From the NCBI GenBank assembly GCA_027492035.1, contig JAOZFT010000004.1, forward strand, positions 288,001 to 352,000: 64,000 bases of DNA, read 5' to 3'. Shown piece after piece: positions 42,463-52,225 of this stretch. The translations under genes were made by a program, and so were the position numbers. Numbering within the stretch: position 1 is the first letter of the stretch; every line of letters begins with the position of its first letter. The notes beneath the pieces were generated by a model. It was given only the letters and a program-made list of their open reading frames with translations. It had not been told where the DNA came from and made no database searches. The stretch is from Thermoproteota archaeon (lineage in GTDB: Archaea; Korarchaeota; JAOZGF01; JAOZFZ01).

Positions 42463-43629
42463 ATGAACAGGGAAAACTTTACCGTTTGGTTTGATGTGGT
42501 GAATGCCCCTCATGCTTTACTTTTCTACCCCTTAATAAAGCTATTTTCTGAAACAGGGTTTAAAGTGCTTGTTACTACCAGGGAATATGGTTACTTAACG
42601 GGTTTACTTGATAACCTCGGTTTAGAGTATCACGTATTCTCCTGTCATGGTGGAAAGCAAAGGGGAAGGAAACTAGTTTTAAGTATGGAAAGAACGAGGG
42701 CATTGGGGAACTTCATAAAGAGTTACATGAGGGAAAGCGGTGAAATAAAGGTTTTGGTTTCAAAATCTTCACCGGAAGCAGTAGTCGCCGCTTCTGTTTT
42801 TAAAACCCCAATTGTGACAGCTTACGAGAACGAACATAACAGATACCAGTGTAAATTAACTTTCCCCCTTTCCAACTGTTTAGTTATTCCCTCCGTATTT
42901 CCTGTTGAAAAACTAATGGAGTTCGGGGCTGACGGCTACCAGGAAATCCATAAATTCTATGGAACATTTGAAGTTTCCCATGTGAAGTATTTCACTCCCT
43001 CTACTGAAGTTTTGCAGAGACTTAATCTTTCAGGGAAAGAAAAAATCGTGGTTGTGAGACCTGAACCGTACCAAAGCTCTTACTTCTCCATCGAAAAGAG
43101 GCCTCTCCTCGTTCCTCTTCTGAAAAAAATCCTTCCGATCCTGAAGGAATATGAAGCGGAGGTTTTTGTGTTTCCAAGGTCTCCCTCACAAGCTAAGCAA
43201 GTTAAAAACCTTTTTAAGGAAAGCGTTAAAGTGTTGAACAAACCTGTTGATTCATTAAGCTTAATGAATTATTCCAGTTTATTCTTGGGTGGAGGGGGAA
43301 CGATGACTCGTGAAGCTGCCTTATTAGGGGTCCCCACTCTCTCCTTTTACCCAGGCCCTCTCTTATCTGTGGACAAGTTGTTAATCAATGAAAAATTGGT
43401 ATTTCATTCAACTGAACCGAAGCAAATAATTTCCTTTACAAGAAGAGCTTTAGATGAAGGGAAGAAACGTAAACCTAACTTAGCTAAATTCACGGATCCT
43501 CTACAAATAATTAAAGATAAAATTTTGCAATATCTTTCACTTGGAGGAATTGAAGTAATGTTTGAAAAGAATTTACCTTCGTTTCCTTTTCTTCTCAAAA
43601 AACCTCTTCGTAACGTAATACCAAGTTGA
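42463..43629 (+). CDS. DUF354 family GT-B-like protein
   Basis: VWFDVVNAPH, VTTREY, VVRPEP, GGGGTMTREAALLGVPT. Confidence 0.85.
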   Translation: MNRENFTVWFDVVNAPHALLFYPLIKLFSETGFKVLVTTREYGYLTGLLDNLGLEYHVFSCHGGKQRGRKLVLSMERTRALGNFIKSYMRESGEIKVLVSKSSPEAVVAASVFKTPIVTAYENEHNRYQCKLTFPLSNCLVIPSVFPVEKLMEFGADGYQEIHKFYGTFEVSHVKYFTPSTEVLQRLNLSGKEKIVVVRPEPYQSSYFSIEKRPLLVPLLKKILPILKEYEAEVFVFPRSPSQAKQVKNLFKESVKVLNKPVDSLSLMNYSSLFLGGGGTMTREAALLGVPTLSFYPGPLLSVDKLLINEKLVFHSTEPKQIISFTRRALDEGKKRKPNLAKFTDPLQIIKDKILQYLSLGGIEVMFEKNLPSFPFLLKKPLRNVIPS

Positions 43630-43812
43630 AAGCCAAAGAACAAACACTCCTCCCGCCATTAAAAGTTTAATTAAGCTATAAATTAAGAGAGGAAAGTAAC
43701 CCTTTGCATTACTCCCTAAGGGCACAATATACATATAAAGGAAGTAAACTCCCAAAAGCAAACTCAACCACACATACAACACAATAAAGAAAAGACTTAC
43801 CCAAGCCTTCAA
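43573..43812 (-). CDS. Small two-TM membrane protein
   Basis: 79-aa hydrophobic ORF directly after the GT4 gene. Confidence 0.6.
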   Translation of the reverse strand: MKAWVSLFFIVLYVWLSLLLGVYFLYMYIVPLGSNAKGYFPLLIYSLIKLLMAGGVFVLWLSTWYYVTKRFFEKKRKRR

Positions 43813-43826
43813 TTGTTTTCCCCTTT

Positions 43827-44810
43827 TTAAAGAAAAATAGATAGTACCCCTAAAGCAGAAGAGAACAAAATCAAGGAATCAATTCTTTTCACAATTTGTG
43901 GTTCAAATAAGGGAGTGTCGCTCACCACCAAACTAACAAGAGTCATAGGTATATCCCTATCTTTTGAAACAGAAATTTTGCCTTCATTAGTTAGAAAAGT
44001 AGGCCTTCTAACCTTGCTTTTCTCTTTAAAGCCTGAACTGCTTATTATATAGAAACCGTTCATTATAAAGGGAATGAATGCTATTAAGAACTGGAACTCA
44101 ACTTTATTTATTACGGCTAAACCGGTTAAGATTGCCCCTGTGGCCAATGAACCGGTGTCTCCGCCAAAAATCTTCGACGGAAACCAGTTGTACCTTAGGT
44201 ACACCAATAAAGCCACAATAATTGGTAGAAACAACAAAGAATCTGCAACCCCTCCCAAAATGAGTTTGGAAACCATTAAAGAAAAAAGGATTATTAGCGA
44301 GGCAGATGGCATTAAACCGTTTAAAACATCTAACTGATTAACGGCGTTTGCACCTACACTAAAAATTGGGAGAAGCAGTAGGGGGTAAACAATAAACAGT
44401 CGTGTGTAGCCAATAAAAGGTAATCTTACTCGAGGAACAAAAACAGGTGAGAAAAGTAAGGGTAAGGCGCATAATGTCGCAAGTAAAGGCTTCTCTCTTC
44501 CCCCTAAAACCGATAAATCATCTATTAAACCTATTACTGCAGCAGTGATCGCTACAGCTATTAACGTAAAAGATTTAGGTATTTCCGAAGGGTAAATGGC
44601 GCAAAGGAAAATTAAACCCAGGATGTAACTAATGATAAGTGGAACCCCCCCTACTTCAGCTACCTCAGGCTTACCTGTTTTATGCACATCTAAACCTACG
44701 ATTTTCCTTCTTTTAACTCTTTCAATATACCTTTGAAACAGTTTGTTAGAGAGAAAGAACTGTAAAATTAAGAGAAAACAGAAAAATAAAACATGTAGAA
44801 TTTCCAGCAT
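43827..44810 (-). CDS. MraY/GPT-family polyprenyl-phosphate HexNAc-1-P transferase (AglH-like)
   Basis: DVHK..VAEVGG, GLIDD, NAVNQLDVLNG, FGGDTG. Confidence 0.9.
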   Translation of the reverse strand: MLEILHVLFFCFLLILQFFLSNKLFQRYIERVKRRKIVGLDVHKTGKPEVAEVGGVPLIISYILGLIFLCAIYPSEIPKSFTLIAVAITAAVIGLIDDLSVLGGREKPLLATLCALPLLFSPVFVPRVRLPFIGYTRLFIVYPLLLLPIFSVGANAVNQLDVLNGLMPSASLIILFSLMVSKLILGGVADSLLFLPIIVALLVYLRYNWFPSKIFGGDTGSLATGAILTGLAVINKVEFQFLIAFIPFIMNGFYIISSSGFKEKSKVRRPTFLTNEGKISVSKDRDIPMTLVSLVVSDTPLFEPQIVKRIDSLILFSSALGVLSIFL

Positions 44811-44966
44811 AAAAAGGAACCCCCACCATCTTCCTTTTTTAAAAAGCGATTAATCTTTAAAAATTTTAAAAACTTTGTATTCAAAGGAATCCCTTGCTGA
44901 AATTTTTCAGCTTCTTTGGTTCCTAAATAATTTAAATAAAGGTTTGAAAAGGAACAGCTGACACTT

Positions 44967-45974
44967 ATGTCTCTACTGAATTTGGTTTTGATTCCTGAAG
45001 AAGTCTTCTATGTTTTAATAAATGTCCTCCTTTTCCTTTGTTCCTTCATTGCCTCCTTTCTTTTATCTATTTATTTGTCACGGAAGATTAAGAAATTCGG
45101 CTTTTTAAAACCGGATCTACATAAAAAAGGAAAACCTTTGATTCCTACTTTAGGCGGCCTTTCCCCTCTCCTATCTTTCCTCTTAACAAGTATTCTTTAC
45201 ATTAATTTATTCAAGTTAAAGCCTTCTAAACTTATTGCTGCAGTGTTTCCTGCATTTTTTGGTTTAACAGGTCTCTATGACGACTTCACCTCACTGAACA
45301 AATACGAAAAAGTATTGCTTGGTTTTTTAGCCACTGCAATCTTGTTGACGTTTCAGATACTCAGAAACTCTAAAGTTCCTTTACAGAGCCTTATTCTCCC
45401 TTTCATTTTCACTTGTTTAAGCGGCAGCTTCATAGTCAATGCAACTAACACCTTAGCCGGTTTTAACGGTTTAGAAGCAGGTTTATCGCTGATAGTTTCC
45501 TTGTATCTACTCCTCCTTTCTCTCATGAACAACAAACCAATTTTTTTGGTAGTTATTTTCATGGGGTGTTTACTAGGTTTCTTTCTCCTTAACTTTTACC
45601 CAGCTAAAATTTTTCCCGGAAACGTAGGCACCTTCTTTTTCGGGGGCTTCATTGTAACCTATGCAGTAACCACTAACGAAGTAATTTACGTTTTACCTTT
45701 GTTTATCCCTCATTTAATGGATTTCTTCCTGAAACTAAAAGTTAAACTTGAAAGCAAAACAGGGTCTCCTGCAAAAATAAGTGAGAAAGGGAAGCTGCAG
45801 CCTCCAAGTTACCCTTCCTTACTAGGCTTCCTTATTTCTAAAACGCAACCCACTGAAAAGGAACTTGTGGCTTTCACCCTTTTCCTGGAAGCATTGATTG
45901 CTTCTGCGTTGTTACTAATTTTTAAAACAGTGCCTTTACCTTCCTTCCTGCAGCTTCTTTTCTTATCCCCTTAG
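44967..45974 (+). CDS. Second MraY/GPT-family transferase
   Basis: DLHK..IPTLGG, GLYDD, NATNTLAGFNGLE, FPGNVG. Confidence 0.9.
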   Translation: MSLLNLVLIPEEVFYVLINVLLFLCSFIASFLLSIYLSRKIKKFGFLKPDLHKKGKPLIPTLGGLSPLLSFLLTSILYINLFKLKPSKLIAAVFPAFFGLTGLYDDFTSLNKYEKVLLGFLATAILLTFQILRNSKVPLQSLILPFIFTCLSGSFIVNATNTLAGFNGLEAGLSLIVSLYLLLLSLMNNKPIFLVVIFMGCLLGFFLLNFYPAKIFPGNVGTFFFGGFIVTYAVTTNEVIYVLPLFIPHLMDFFLKLKVKLESKTGSPAKISEKGKLQPPSYPSLLGFLISKTQPTEKELVAFTLFLEALIASALLLIFKTVPLPSFLQLLFLSP

Positions 45975-46078
45975 AACGGTAACTATTTAAGAAAAGAGAA
46001 ACCTTTAAAAACCATTGACGAAACTTAATATCCTAACCTTTAAGACTTAAAAATGTGTTTTGTTATCTTTTCCTGTAT

Positions 46079-46211
46079 GCCGGGGTGGCTCAGGCGGTTA
46101 GTTTTTAAAAGAAACTAAAGCGCCAGACTCATAAACCTAGACGGAAAAAGTCGAGACATCTGGAGGTCGCGGGTTCGAACGGTCAGCTGCCTGAAAAACC
46201 CGCCCCCGGCA
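46079..46211 (+). tRNA. Elongator tRNA-Met(CAT) with three introns (46102-46118, 46134-46157, about 46179-46196)
   Basis: GCCGGGG/CCCCGGC, CCAGA-CT CAT A|..|A-TCTGG; extra sequence in D arm, anticodon loop and T loop. Confidence 0.85.
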
Positions 46212-46292
46212 CTTTTACTTCTTTACTTTCTGTTCGTTCCTTTTCTTTAAGCCTAAGCCTTAGCTTTTATCATAGGTTTTGGGAAGTTAATA

Positions 46293-46390
46293 AGCCCTGG
46301 GAGGGATTCGAACCCTCGGCCTGCTGCTTTCTAGTTCGTTACGAGGATCGGCTTCTTGAATCAGCCGCTCTACCGCTAAGCTACCAGGGC
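46293..46390 (-). tRNA. tRNA-Thr(CGT) with two introns (30/31: 46347-46361; 37/38: 46329-46339)
   Basis: GCCCTGG/CCAGGGC, U73; splicing gives GCTGC-CT CGT AA-GCAGC; first intron has helix CGGC/GCCG. Confidence 0.87.
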
Positions 46391-46391
46391 T

Positions 46392-46595
46392 TTATTTCCA
46401 AATTTTTTCGTTAAAAAGTTTTAATAAATCCTTTTCATCCTGTTTCTCAATGAATAAAAGAATTTTTCTTTTTTCCTTTTCAAAACTAACTTTTGGAGGA
46501 ATAGGGTTTATTGTCTCACTTTTACACTCTTTACATTCCTTTTCCTCTAAATAATACCTCCCACATCTTGGGCATTTTGTTAAAAAATTACGCAC
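46392..46595 (-). CDS. nop10: H/ACA RNP protein Nop10
   Basis: KCPRCGRYYL..CKEC..PIPPKVS; follows aIF2a. Confidence 0.85.
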   Translation of the reverse strand: MRNFLTKCPRCGRYYLEEKECKECKSETINPIPPKVSFEKEKRKILLFIEKQDEKDLLKLFNEKIWK

Positions 46596-47397
46596 CCTTC
46601 CTAGCCTCCTTCCTTTCTAAAACTTTAATTATCAACTTATTCTCTTTGCCGTATTTAATAATTGAATTTATAATTTTCTTCATTCTTTCTTCAGCTTTCT
46701 TGAAATCGCTTGTTGTTACAGAAATTCTGTACCTAGGTGACCCCACGTTAGTTATCTCTATCTTAGCTTCATCCACTGAATTCTCCTCTTTTGCAGCAAT
46801 TAACGTTTGTTTAATCCTTTCAACCCCATTCGGAGCTATACTAACAAGTTCAACGTAATTTGTTAGGTTAACCACGGGAGACTCAATATTTGCTTCAGCA
46901 ACCCGAATCAATTCTTCCTTTAAGTCTCTCTCCAGCTTCATTTTATCTAAGAAACTAGTTCCTTCAAAAACTATGTTTTCAAAACCTGCTAAAACGTCTC
47001 CGAATTCTCTTTCAAATGGGTTTCCAATTTTCCTATAAACCTCTTCCAAGGATTTGTTTGTTTTCCTAGCTACTAATTGAAGGAGATACTTCCCCTTCCT
47101 CCTTCTTTTCCATTCTTGCAGGGTTTTTTTTGTTTCTTCTTCTCTAACAGCTTTTAATGAGAGATCAATTAACCCTTTACTTGGATTTACTCTAATTACT
47201 CTTGCTACAACCCTCTGTTTCTCTTTTATAAAATGTTTTATGTCTTTGACCCATACACTTGAAACTTCGGTCCTAGGTATGAAGCCCTCCTTCTCATACT
47301 CTGAAATATCTATGTAGGCACCGTATTCATCGATTTTTTTTATTTCCCCAACAACCAGTTCTCCTCTTCTAGGGTACATTTTACTTTTGTCCAACAT
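46588..47397 (-). CDS. eif2a: Translation initiation factor 2 subunit alpha
   Basis: S1 domain GELVVG..YGAY, IDLSLK, GSPRYRI. Confidence 0.95.
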   Translation of the reverse strand: MLDKSKMYPRRGELVVGEIKKIDEYGAYIDISEYEKEGFIPRTEVSSVWVKDIKHFIKEKQRVVARVIRVNPSKGLIDLSLKAVREEETKKTLQEWKRRRKGKYLLQLVARKTNKSLEEVYRKIGNPFEREFGDVLAGFENIVFEGTSFLDKMKLERDLKEELIRVAEANIESPVVNLTNYVELVSIAPNGVERIKQTLIAAKEENSVDEAKIEITNVGSPRYRISVTTSDFKKAEERMKKIINSIIKYGKENKLIIKVLERKEARKGA

Positions 47398-47413
47398 GAA
47401 TTTTCTCCTTTTT

Positions 47414-47602
47414 TCACCCCATCACTTGAAGGACTCTTCCATAAATTTTAGCTTTACCTCCTCCTGGCTTCACTAATAAAGTGTTACAGATTCTACACTC
47501 CACTTTCATTTTTGAGTGATTGTAAACTATTTGTTCAGCGCCGCATTTTGGACATTTTACAAGTAAAAATTTACTTCTGGGCTTAAGTATGATTTCCTTC
47601 AT
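47414..47602 (-). CDS. rps27e: 30S ribosomal protein eS27
   Basis: PRSKFLLVKCPKCG..CRIC..PGGGKA. Confidence 0.95.
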   Translation of the reverse strand: MKEIILKPRSKFLLVKCPKCGAEQIVYNHSKMKVECRICNTLLVKPGGGKAKIYGRVLQVMG

Positions 47603-47874
47603 TTCTCCACCTCTATCTTTTTCAGCCTAACCCCTTTCCTAACCATCGTGTATCCACAATCTTTACATGTTAACATTAACACTTGTTTCTTTGTGGTTTT
47701 TACAGTTCTTTGTTTTCCTCTAGGGCTTCCACCATATCCTTTTAATAGTTTTTCGTGTTGTCTCTGTCCCCAAGATAATGCTCTACTTTTCCCCTTCTTA
47801 TAGATCTTTATAGTGTGTTCTGTATGTGTTTTACATTTAGGGCAATAAACACGTAGAGTTTTAGGCACCTTCAT
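47599..47874 (-). CDS. rpl44e: 50S ribosomal protein eL42 (L44e)
   Basis: YCPKCKTHTEH, KGYGG, KTTKK, CKDCG. Confidence 0.95.
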   Translation of the reverse strand: MKVPKTLRVYCPKCKTHTEHTIKIYKKGKSRALSWGQRQHEKLLKGYGGSPRGKQRTVKTTKKQVLMLTCKDCGYTMVRKGVRLKKIEVEK

Positions 47875-47887
47875 TTCTCTATCCCCT

Positions 47888-48394
47888 TTAAATGTTTACT
47901 ATTTCAGCTTTTCTTTTGGAAACTAAAGGTTTTATGTTTCCGTATTTTGTGTAAACTAAATCTCCCCCTTTAAACGGACCATAAATTTTTAAATCTACAG
48001 GACCTATAAAGGAAGCAGTTTCTTCAAGTATTTTCACGGTAACTTTATCTTCTCCTTTAAATTTTTCTTTTTCTATCCTTCCTTTGAAAATTCTTTCTTC
48101 AATACTTTGCAAAATTTCTTTCTCTTCCTTAACTAAAGAACTCCATTCCTCATTTAACCCCTTTTTAAGTCTTGTGATAAGTAAAGCCAGAACTAAATCA
48201 TGACATATTCCTTTTATTTCTTCAAACATTTTTTTTTCCAGTACCTCTTCAGTTTTCTCAATTTCTTCATTCAACTTCTTAATTTTATTCCTTACTAATT
48301 CATAAAATTCTTCTTTTAAGGGTTGTAAATCAACGCTACTTAACTCTTTTTTCAGCTGTTCATAAATTTCCTCTAAACTAATTTCTTGGCTCAC
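47888..48394 (-). CDS. GINS subunit (Gins15/51-like)
   Basis: LQPLKEEFY, RLKK, C-terminal FIGPVDLKIYGPF B-domain; conserved context after priS. Confidence 0.85.
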   Translation of the reverse strand: MSQEISLEEIYEQLKKELSSVDLQPLKEEFYELVRNKIKKLNEEIEKTEEVLEKKMFEEIKGICHDLVLALLITRLKKGLNEEWSSLVKEEKEILQSIEERIFKGRIEKEKFKGEDKVTVKILEETASFIGPVDLKIYGPFKGGDLVYTKYGNIKPLVSKRKAEIVNI

Positions 48395-49613
48395 TAAGCT
48401 TAGCCTCCCCTTTCAAAATAAACAACACAGCTGTTGAAAGAGGAACCTCTACTTCTTCAAACTTGTAAGGGCCTATTTTTTCCCCTTTCAAATCAATTTC
48501 AGGTATAATTCCAGTTTTAATTTTTACTGATTCATCTGTTTCCAGAACCGCTTCTTTCAGGGGGTTAAACATGTCTAGATCCTCAATTTGGACAGTTTTT
48601 ACTTGGAAACCTGTCTTTCCATGTAAAGTGTTGGGTATTCTTATCAGTTTTTTCAAGTCAAGTGCCACTGTTTCGTCTATGCTGCATCTGTTTTTCCTTA
48701 ACAAGCTTTCCACTATCTTCCCTATTTCTTTCTTGGTTAATTTAAATGATTCATTTGACCAGATGGCAGGTTTCTCTTGCAAATTGTTTTTAATCAGTGA
48801 CGATTTTTCCCTCATTTCCTCAATTTTCCTCTTACTTATTTCCAATTCAGTTAATTTTTCTTTCCTTGAAAGTAGTTCGGAGTAACTTCTTGCTATAATC
48901 CCTTTCCAGCCTGGGTCAAACACGCCGGGTCCATATACTACCTCTCCTCTCTTTCTAAACCATAAATCATATTTCCAACCTACCCCTTTCAAGTAATCAA
49001 GTATTTCTCTTCTTTCTTTCTGCTTAAGTTTGTAGAAGCTTTTCTTCTTCAAATGAATGTGGTATCCTCTCTGACCTGAAAAATTAACCAGTAAATCCTT
49101 TTCATTTAAGCCAAAATCTTCCATTAAGAAATTAAATAACACTTTCTCAGCTTCTTTCTTTGCTTCCCTTAAGTTTTTTGTGTTGGGCCAAAAAACAAGG
49201 GAAGTTGAATATGATCCGCAGGAGCTGCATTTCTCCTTTCTGCCGAATCCACTCTCTCCACATTTGTTGCATTTCCAGGTGAAAGAGAAGGCATCTTTAG
49301 GGATACTTAAATGGTCTGCATCAATGTCAAAGACTATCTCTGCACCAATCCACCCCTTTTTCTCCATTTCTCTTTCAGCTGGATTTTTAAAGAAAGCAGA
49401 AGAGTAATGTGAATTTATCGGTGTATTCCATTCAAGAAATTCAGTTAGTTCCTTCAAGGAATTAAAGGATATGTGCCTGTACATTCCCGGCTTTTGATAA
49501 AAAGTGAAACCGAACTCTCTCCTCTCAATTTCATCCGGATACTTTATTAATTTCTTATTCTTCTTGAAGTATTCATGAAAAAATTTCTTAATTAATTTTT
49601 TCTCTCCATTCAT
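48378..49613 (-). CDS. priS: DNA primase small subunit
   Basis: RREFGF, EIVFDIDADH, FSGQRGYH, LIRIPNTLHGKTG. Confidence 0.96.
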   Translation of the reverse strand: MNGEKKLIKKFFHEYFKKNKKLIKYPDEIERREFGFTFYQKPGMYRHISFNSLKELTEFLEWNTPINSHYSSAFFKNPAEREMEKKGWIGAEIVFDIDADHLSIPKDAFSFTWKCNKCGESGFGRKEKCSSCGSYSTSLVFWPNTKNLREAKKEAEKVLFNFLMEDFGLNEKDLLVNFSGQRGYHIHLKKKSFYKLKQKERREILDYLKGVGWKYDLWFRKRGEVVYGPGVFDPGWKGIIARSYSELLSRKEKLTELEISKRKIEEMREKSSLIKNNLQEKPAIWSNESFKLTKKEIGKIVESLLRKNRCSIDETVALDLKKLIRIPNTLHGKTGFQVKTVQIEDLDMFNPLKEAVLETDESVKIKTGIIPEIDLKGEKIGPYKFEEVEVPLSTAVLFILKGEAKLSEPRN

Positions 49614-49688
49614 TCCTGTTCTTTTTCTCTTTTACTTTCCATTACCTTCCCATATCCCCGCATACCTACTTCTCTTTAGTTTGTAGTT

Positions 49689-50699
49689 TTACTTATACTG
49701 CAAAGGGTGTTTTACGTTCTTGCAGGATTCATCTTTTCTACAGATTCCGTAAGCCTTTAGTGTTTCACAGCTCGGAGGTGAATACTTCGTTTTTGACCCC
49801 TTTAATCCACTCAAATGTTCAACTTGGTACCTAGTTTTTTCTTCGCTGAAGTCTGGTAATTCAGAGAAAACTTTAACTGTTTCCTCTATGTCGTATCCTC
49901 TGTTCAAGAGGAAAGTAGCTATGACAAGCCTTTCTACATGGGACAGATCAAACCCTTTCTTTGCTTTTTCTAGCAACTCCTGTATACAAGGCGGTAGAGA
50001 CTTATCTCTCTTAATGAAATGCTTCGCTCCTTTCAAAAACTTTTCACGAGCGATTTTTTCTTTCAGTTCCGAGACCAGGGTTTCAAGTTCCTTTGGAACT
50101 TCAACGTTTCTCTCCCCTTCAATTATTTTAACTTTGTAGGCTTCACTTATCAACCTTATAAGCTCCCTTTTATTTAATTCAACAAACCCTTTCATTAAGT
50201 TCCTGTTAATAAGTTTCCAAGAGGTATCCCTGAATTTTTTGCTATATGCCAAATATTTTTCCATTGGCACATAATACTTCTTGGCAATGAATTTTTCTCC
50301 CCAATTTGTTTCTTGATCCCTTAAAACAGGTAAATTAAAAGTTTCGTTCGCCATTTTAAGAACTATTTCCTCTCTTTCATTCATCAATTTCAAAAAAAGC
50401 CTTTTCGATTCCGCCACAGCAAACTTTAGAAGGAGGTTTTCGTCATTAACTTTGTAAATCACAGCTAAAACTAAGGGATAACTCAAAAAATCAAGGTAAT
50501 TCTTTTCTTCTTCCCGGAAGTAAGCTCTTCCTCCATGAAGTACACTAAATATTTTCTCCCTTACCTTCCCAATTATTTCGGGGTAGTTAAGCAAAACTTC
50601 TTTTAAGGTTTTATTTTCATTTCTTAAAATTGCTTTTGCTTCTTTTGTGAAGGGATATTTCAACAAAAGCTCTGAAGTAACCTCCAATTTTGAAGTCAC
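49689..50699 (-). CDS. priL: DNA primase large subunit
   Basis: KYPF, WKLINR, PPCI, TRYQVEH, YSPPSCET (Fe-S cysteines). Confidence 0.95.
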   Translation of the reverse strand: MTSKLEVTSELLLKYPFTKEAKAILRNENKTLKEVLLNYPEIIGKVREKIFSVLHGGRAYFREEEKNYLDFLSYPLVLAVIYKVNDENLLLKFAVAESKRLFLKLMNEREEIVLKMANETFNLPVLRDQETNWGEKFIAKKYYVPMEKYLAYSKKFRDTSWKLINRNLMKGFVELNKRELIRLISEAYKVKIIEGERNVEVPKELETLVSELKEKIAREKFLKGAKHFIKRDKSLPPCIQELLEKAKKGFDLSHVERLVIATFLLNRGYDIEETVKVFSELPDFSEEKTRYQVEHLSGLKGSKTKYSPPSCETLKAYGICRKDESCKNVKHPLQYK

Positions 50700-50713
50700 T
50701 TTTCCTGTTTCCT

Positions 50714-51463
50714 TTACCCAATAAACGGGGCTAGATAGTATGTTAATTTTCCTCCTCCAGGGATTGTGAAATCAAGTTTTAAAGGCACATTGTTTCCAAG
50801 GTACATGTCTACAGTATCTGAAATTTTTGATGTTTTAGCTGCTATATCCTTCAATTTATCAAGTTTGTATTTAGAAGAAGCTTCGTTTTGGACATCAATA
50901 TCTAGCAGCCCCCCTTGTTCGCTATCAATTTTAGTTATTACTTCACCTGATTCACTTGCCCCCTTGGCTATAACCGTATTATCTTTTAAAGTAAAAATTA
51001 TCTCTGAAGAAACTATTTCTGCATCCAGAATCGTGTTGAGAAAAACTTTTGACAAAATTTTTGCTTTAGCTTCATATGGTGCAGTCGGGATTTTTTCAAA
51101 GTAGAATTCTTCCTCTAAAGGCCTAAACCTAAAAATTCTTTCTGAAACACCTTGGATAATAACTTCAACCATAGATAACTCTGTGTTATATCTGAGCGTT
51201 ACGGTATCGCTTGAACTTGTCCTTTTTAACCTTGTCCGTAACTCATTTAAATCTACTGTTACAAGGTACTCCTTTTCACATTCAAATTTAGCGAAGAAGT
51301 CTCTCGGAAGCATCAAATCAACAAGAGCAACTTTAGCTAAATCTACAGCTCTTGTTGAAATTCCTTCTTGGTTAACCTTCAGACTAACTTCTTCCACAAC
51401 AGCTTCTATACTTTCCAAAATACCTTTGAAAAGACCTATATCCTCTATCATAAAACTAAACAT
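50714..51463 (-). CDS. pcn: PCNA sliding clamp
   Basis: RAVDLAKVALVD, PLKLDF, YYLAP. Confidence 0.95.
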   Translation of the reverse strand: MFSFMIEDIGLFKGILESIEAVVEEVSLKVNQEGISTRAVDLAKVALVDLMLPRDFFAKFECEKEYLVTVDLNELRTRLKRTSSSDTVTLRYNTELSMVEVIIQGVSERIFRFRPLEEEFYFEKIPTAPYEAKAKILSKVFLNTILDAEIVSSEIIFTLKDNTVIAKGASESGEVITKIDSEQGGLLDIDVQNEASSKYKLDKLKDIAAKTSKISDTVDMYLGNNVPLKLDFTIPGGGKLTYYLAPFIG

Positions 51464-51815
51464 TTACTTCTCTCTCCATTCTTCTCCAAAAAGTTTTTTC
51501 ATACTTTAAAACAGTTTCATATATTTCTAACATGAAACCATTTAAATTTTTCACCAATTCAGCCTCTATTTCAAACTTTTCTTCCCCCACTTTTTTCAAA
51601 AACCCTATAACTAAAACCACTCTCCCCTCCCCTATTTCACCACCCTCTTTTCTTTCCCTCTCTTTACACTCAACTTTGACACAAGCTCCGTTGCTGTAAA
51701 CAAGTAAATAGCCATGTTCCACTTCCTTAATTCTCCCGATCAACAAAATCCTCTCCTTTTTCTTGACCTCTTCCCGGTTTAAAATAAACTCTGTTGCTCC
51801 TTTTGGAAAGCACAT
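51456..51815 (-). CDS. Single OB-fold protein (RPA14/RPA3-like)
   Basis: ILLIGRI..GRVVLVIG..IEAELVKNLNGFMLEIYE: OB fold plus C-terminal helix. Confidence 0.6.
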   Translation of the reverse strand: MCFPKGATEFILNREEVKKKERILLIGRIKEVEHGYLLVYSNGACVKVECKERERKEGGEIGEGRVVLVIGFLKKVGEEKFEIEAELVKNLNGFMLEIYETVLKYEKTFWRRMEREVNV

Positions 51816-52036
51816 TTGCTAAACCCTTCAAACAAATTCTAAACTAAGGTATTTTTATTTCTATTTTTGAAAATCAGAGGTTTAACCTCCTGATTTTACA
51901 GAATGAAAAGTAAAGGAAAAATTCAAGGAGGTAATTGGAAAAGTAAATTTTTTAAATAAATATCTTCAAAGGTAAGAAGTAGAGTTAAAGGGAAATTAAA
52001 AAAATTCTGTGGAGAAACAGAAAAACGTTGTAAAAT

Positions 52037-52169
52037 GGTGGGGTTAACGGCCATAGAAGCTAAGGAAACACCTGATCCCATTCCGAACTCAGAAGTTAAG
52101 CTTAGCTTCGTTTACTTCGGTACTGCGCTCCGAGAGGGCGTGGGAAAAAGTAAAGCTGTTAACCCCACC
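52037..52169 (+). rRNA. rrf: 5S rRNA (span includes extended terminal helix)
   Basis: GGCCATAG..ACACCTGATCCCATTCCGAACTCAGAAGTTAAG; GGTGGGGTTAAC/GTTAACCCCACC closing stem. Confidence 0.95.
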
Positions 52170-52225
52170 TTTTCCCCTCCTGCTTCCTTCCAAGAAAGGC
52201 TGGTGGCTCAATGTTTCAATTAAAT

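Noticed and set aside
49614-49700. priL reading frame continues after TAA (NYKLKRSRYAGIWEGNGK), a possible third mRNA intron or readthrough
   Set aside because: No BHB-like fold found, and PriL already ends after its last conserved motif (KHPLQY)
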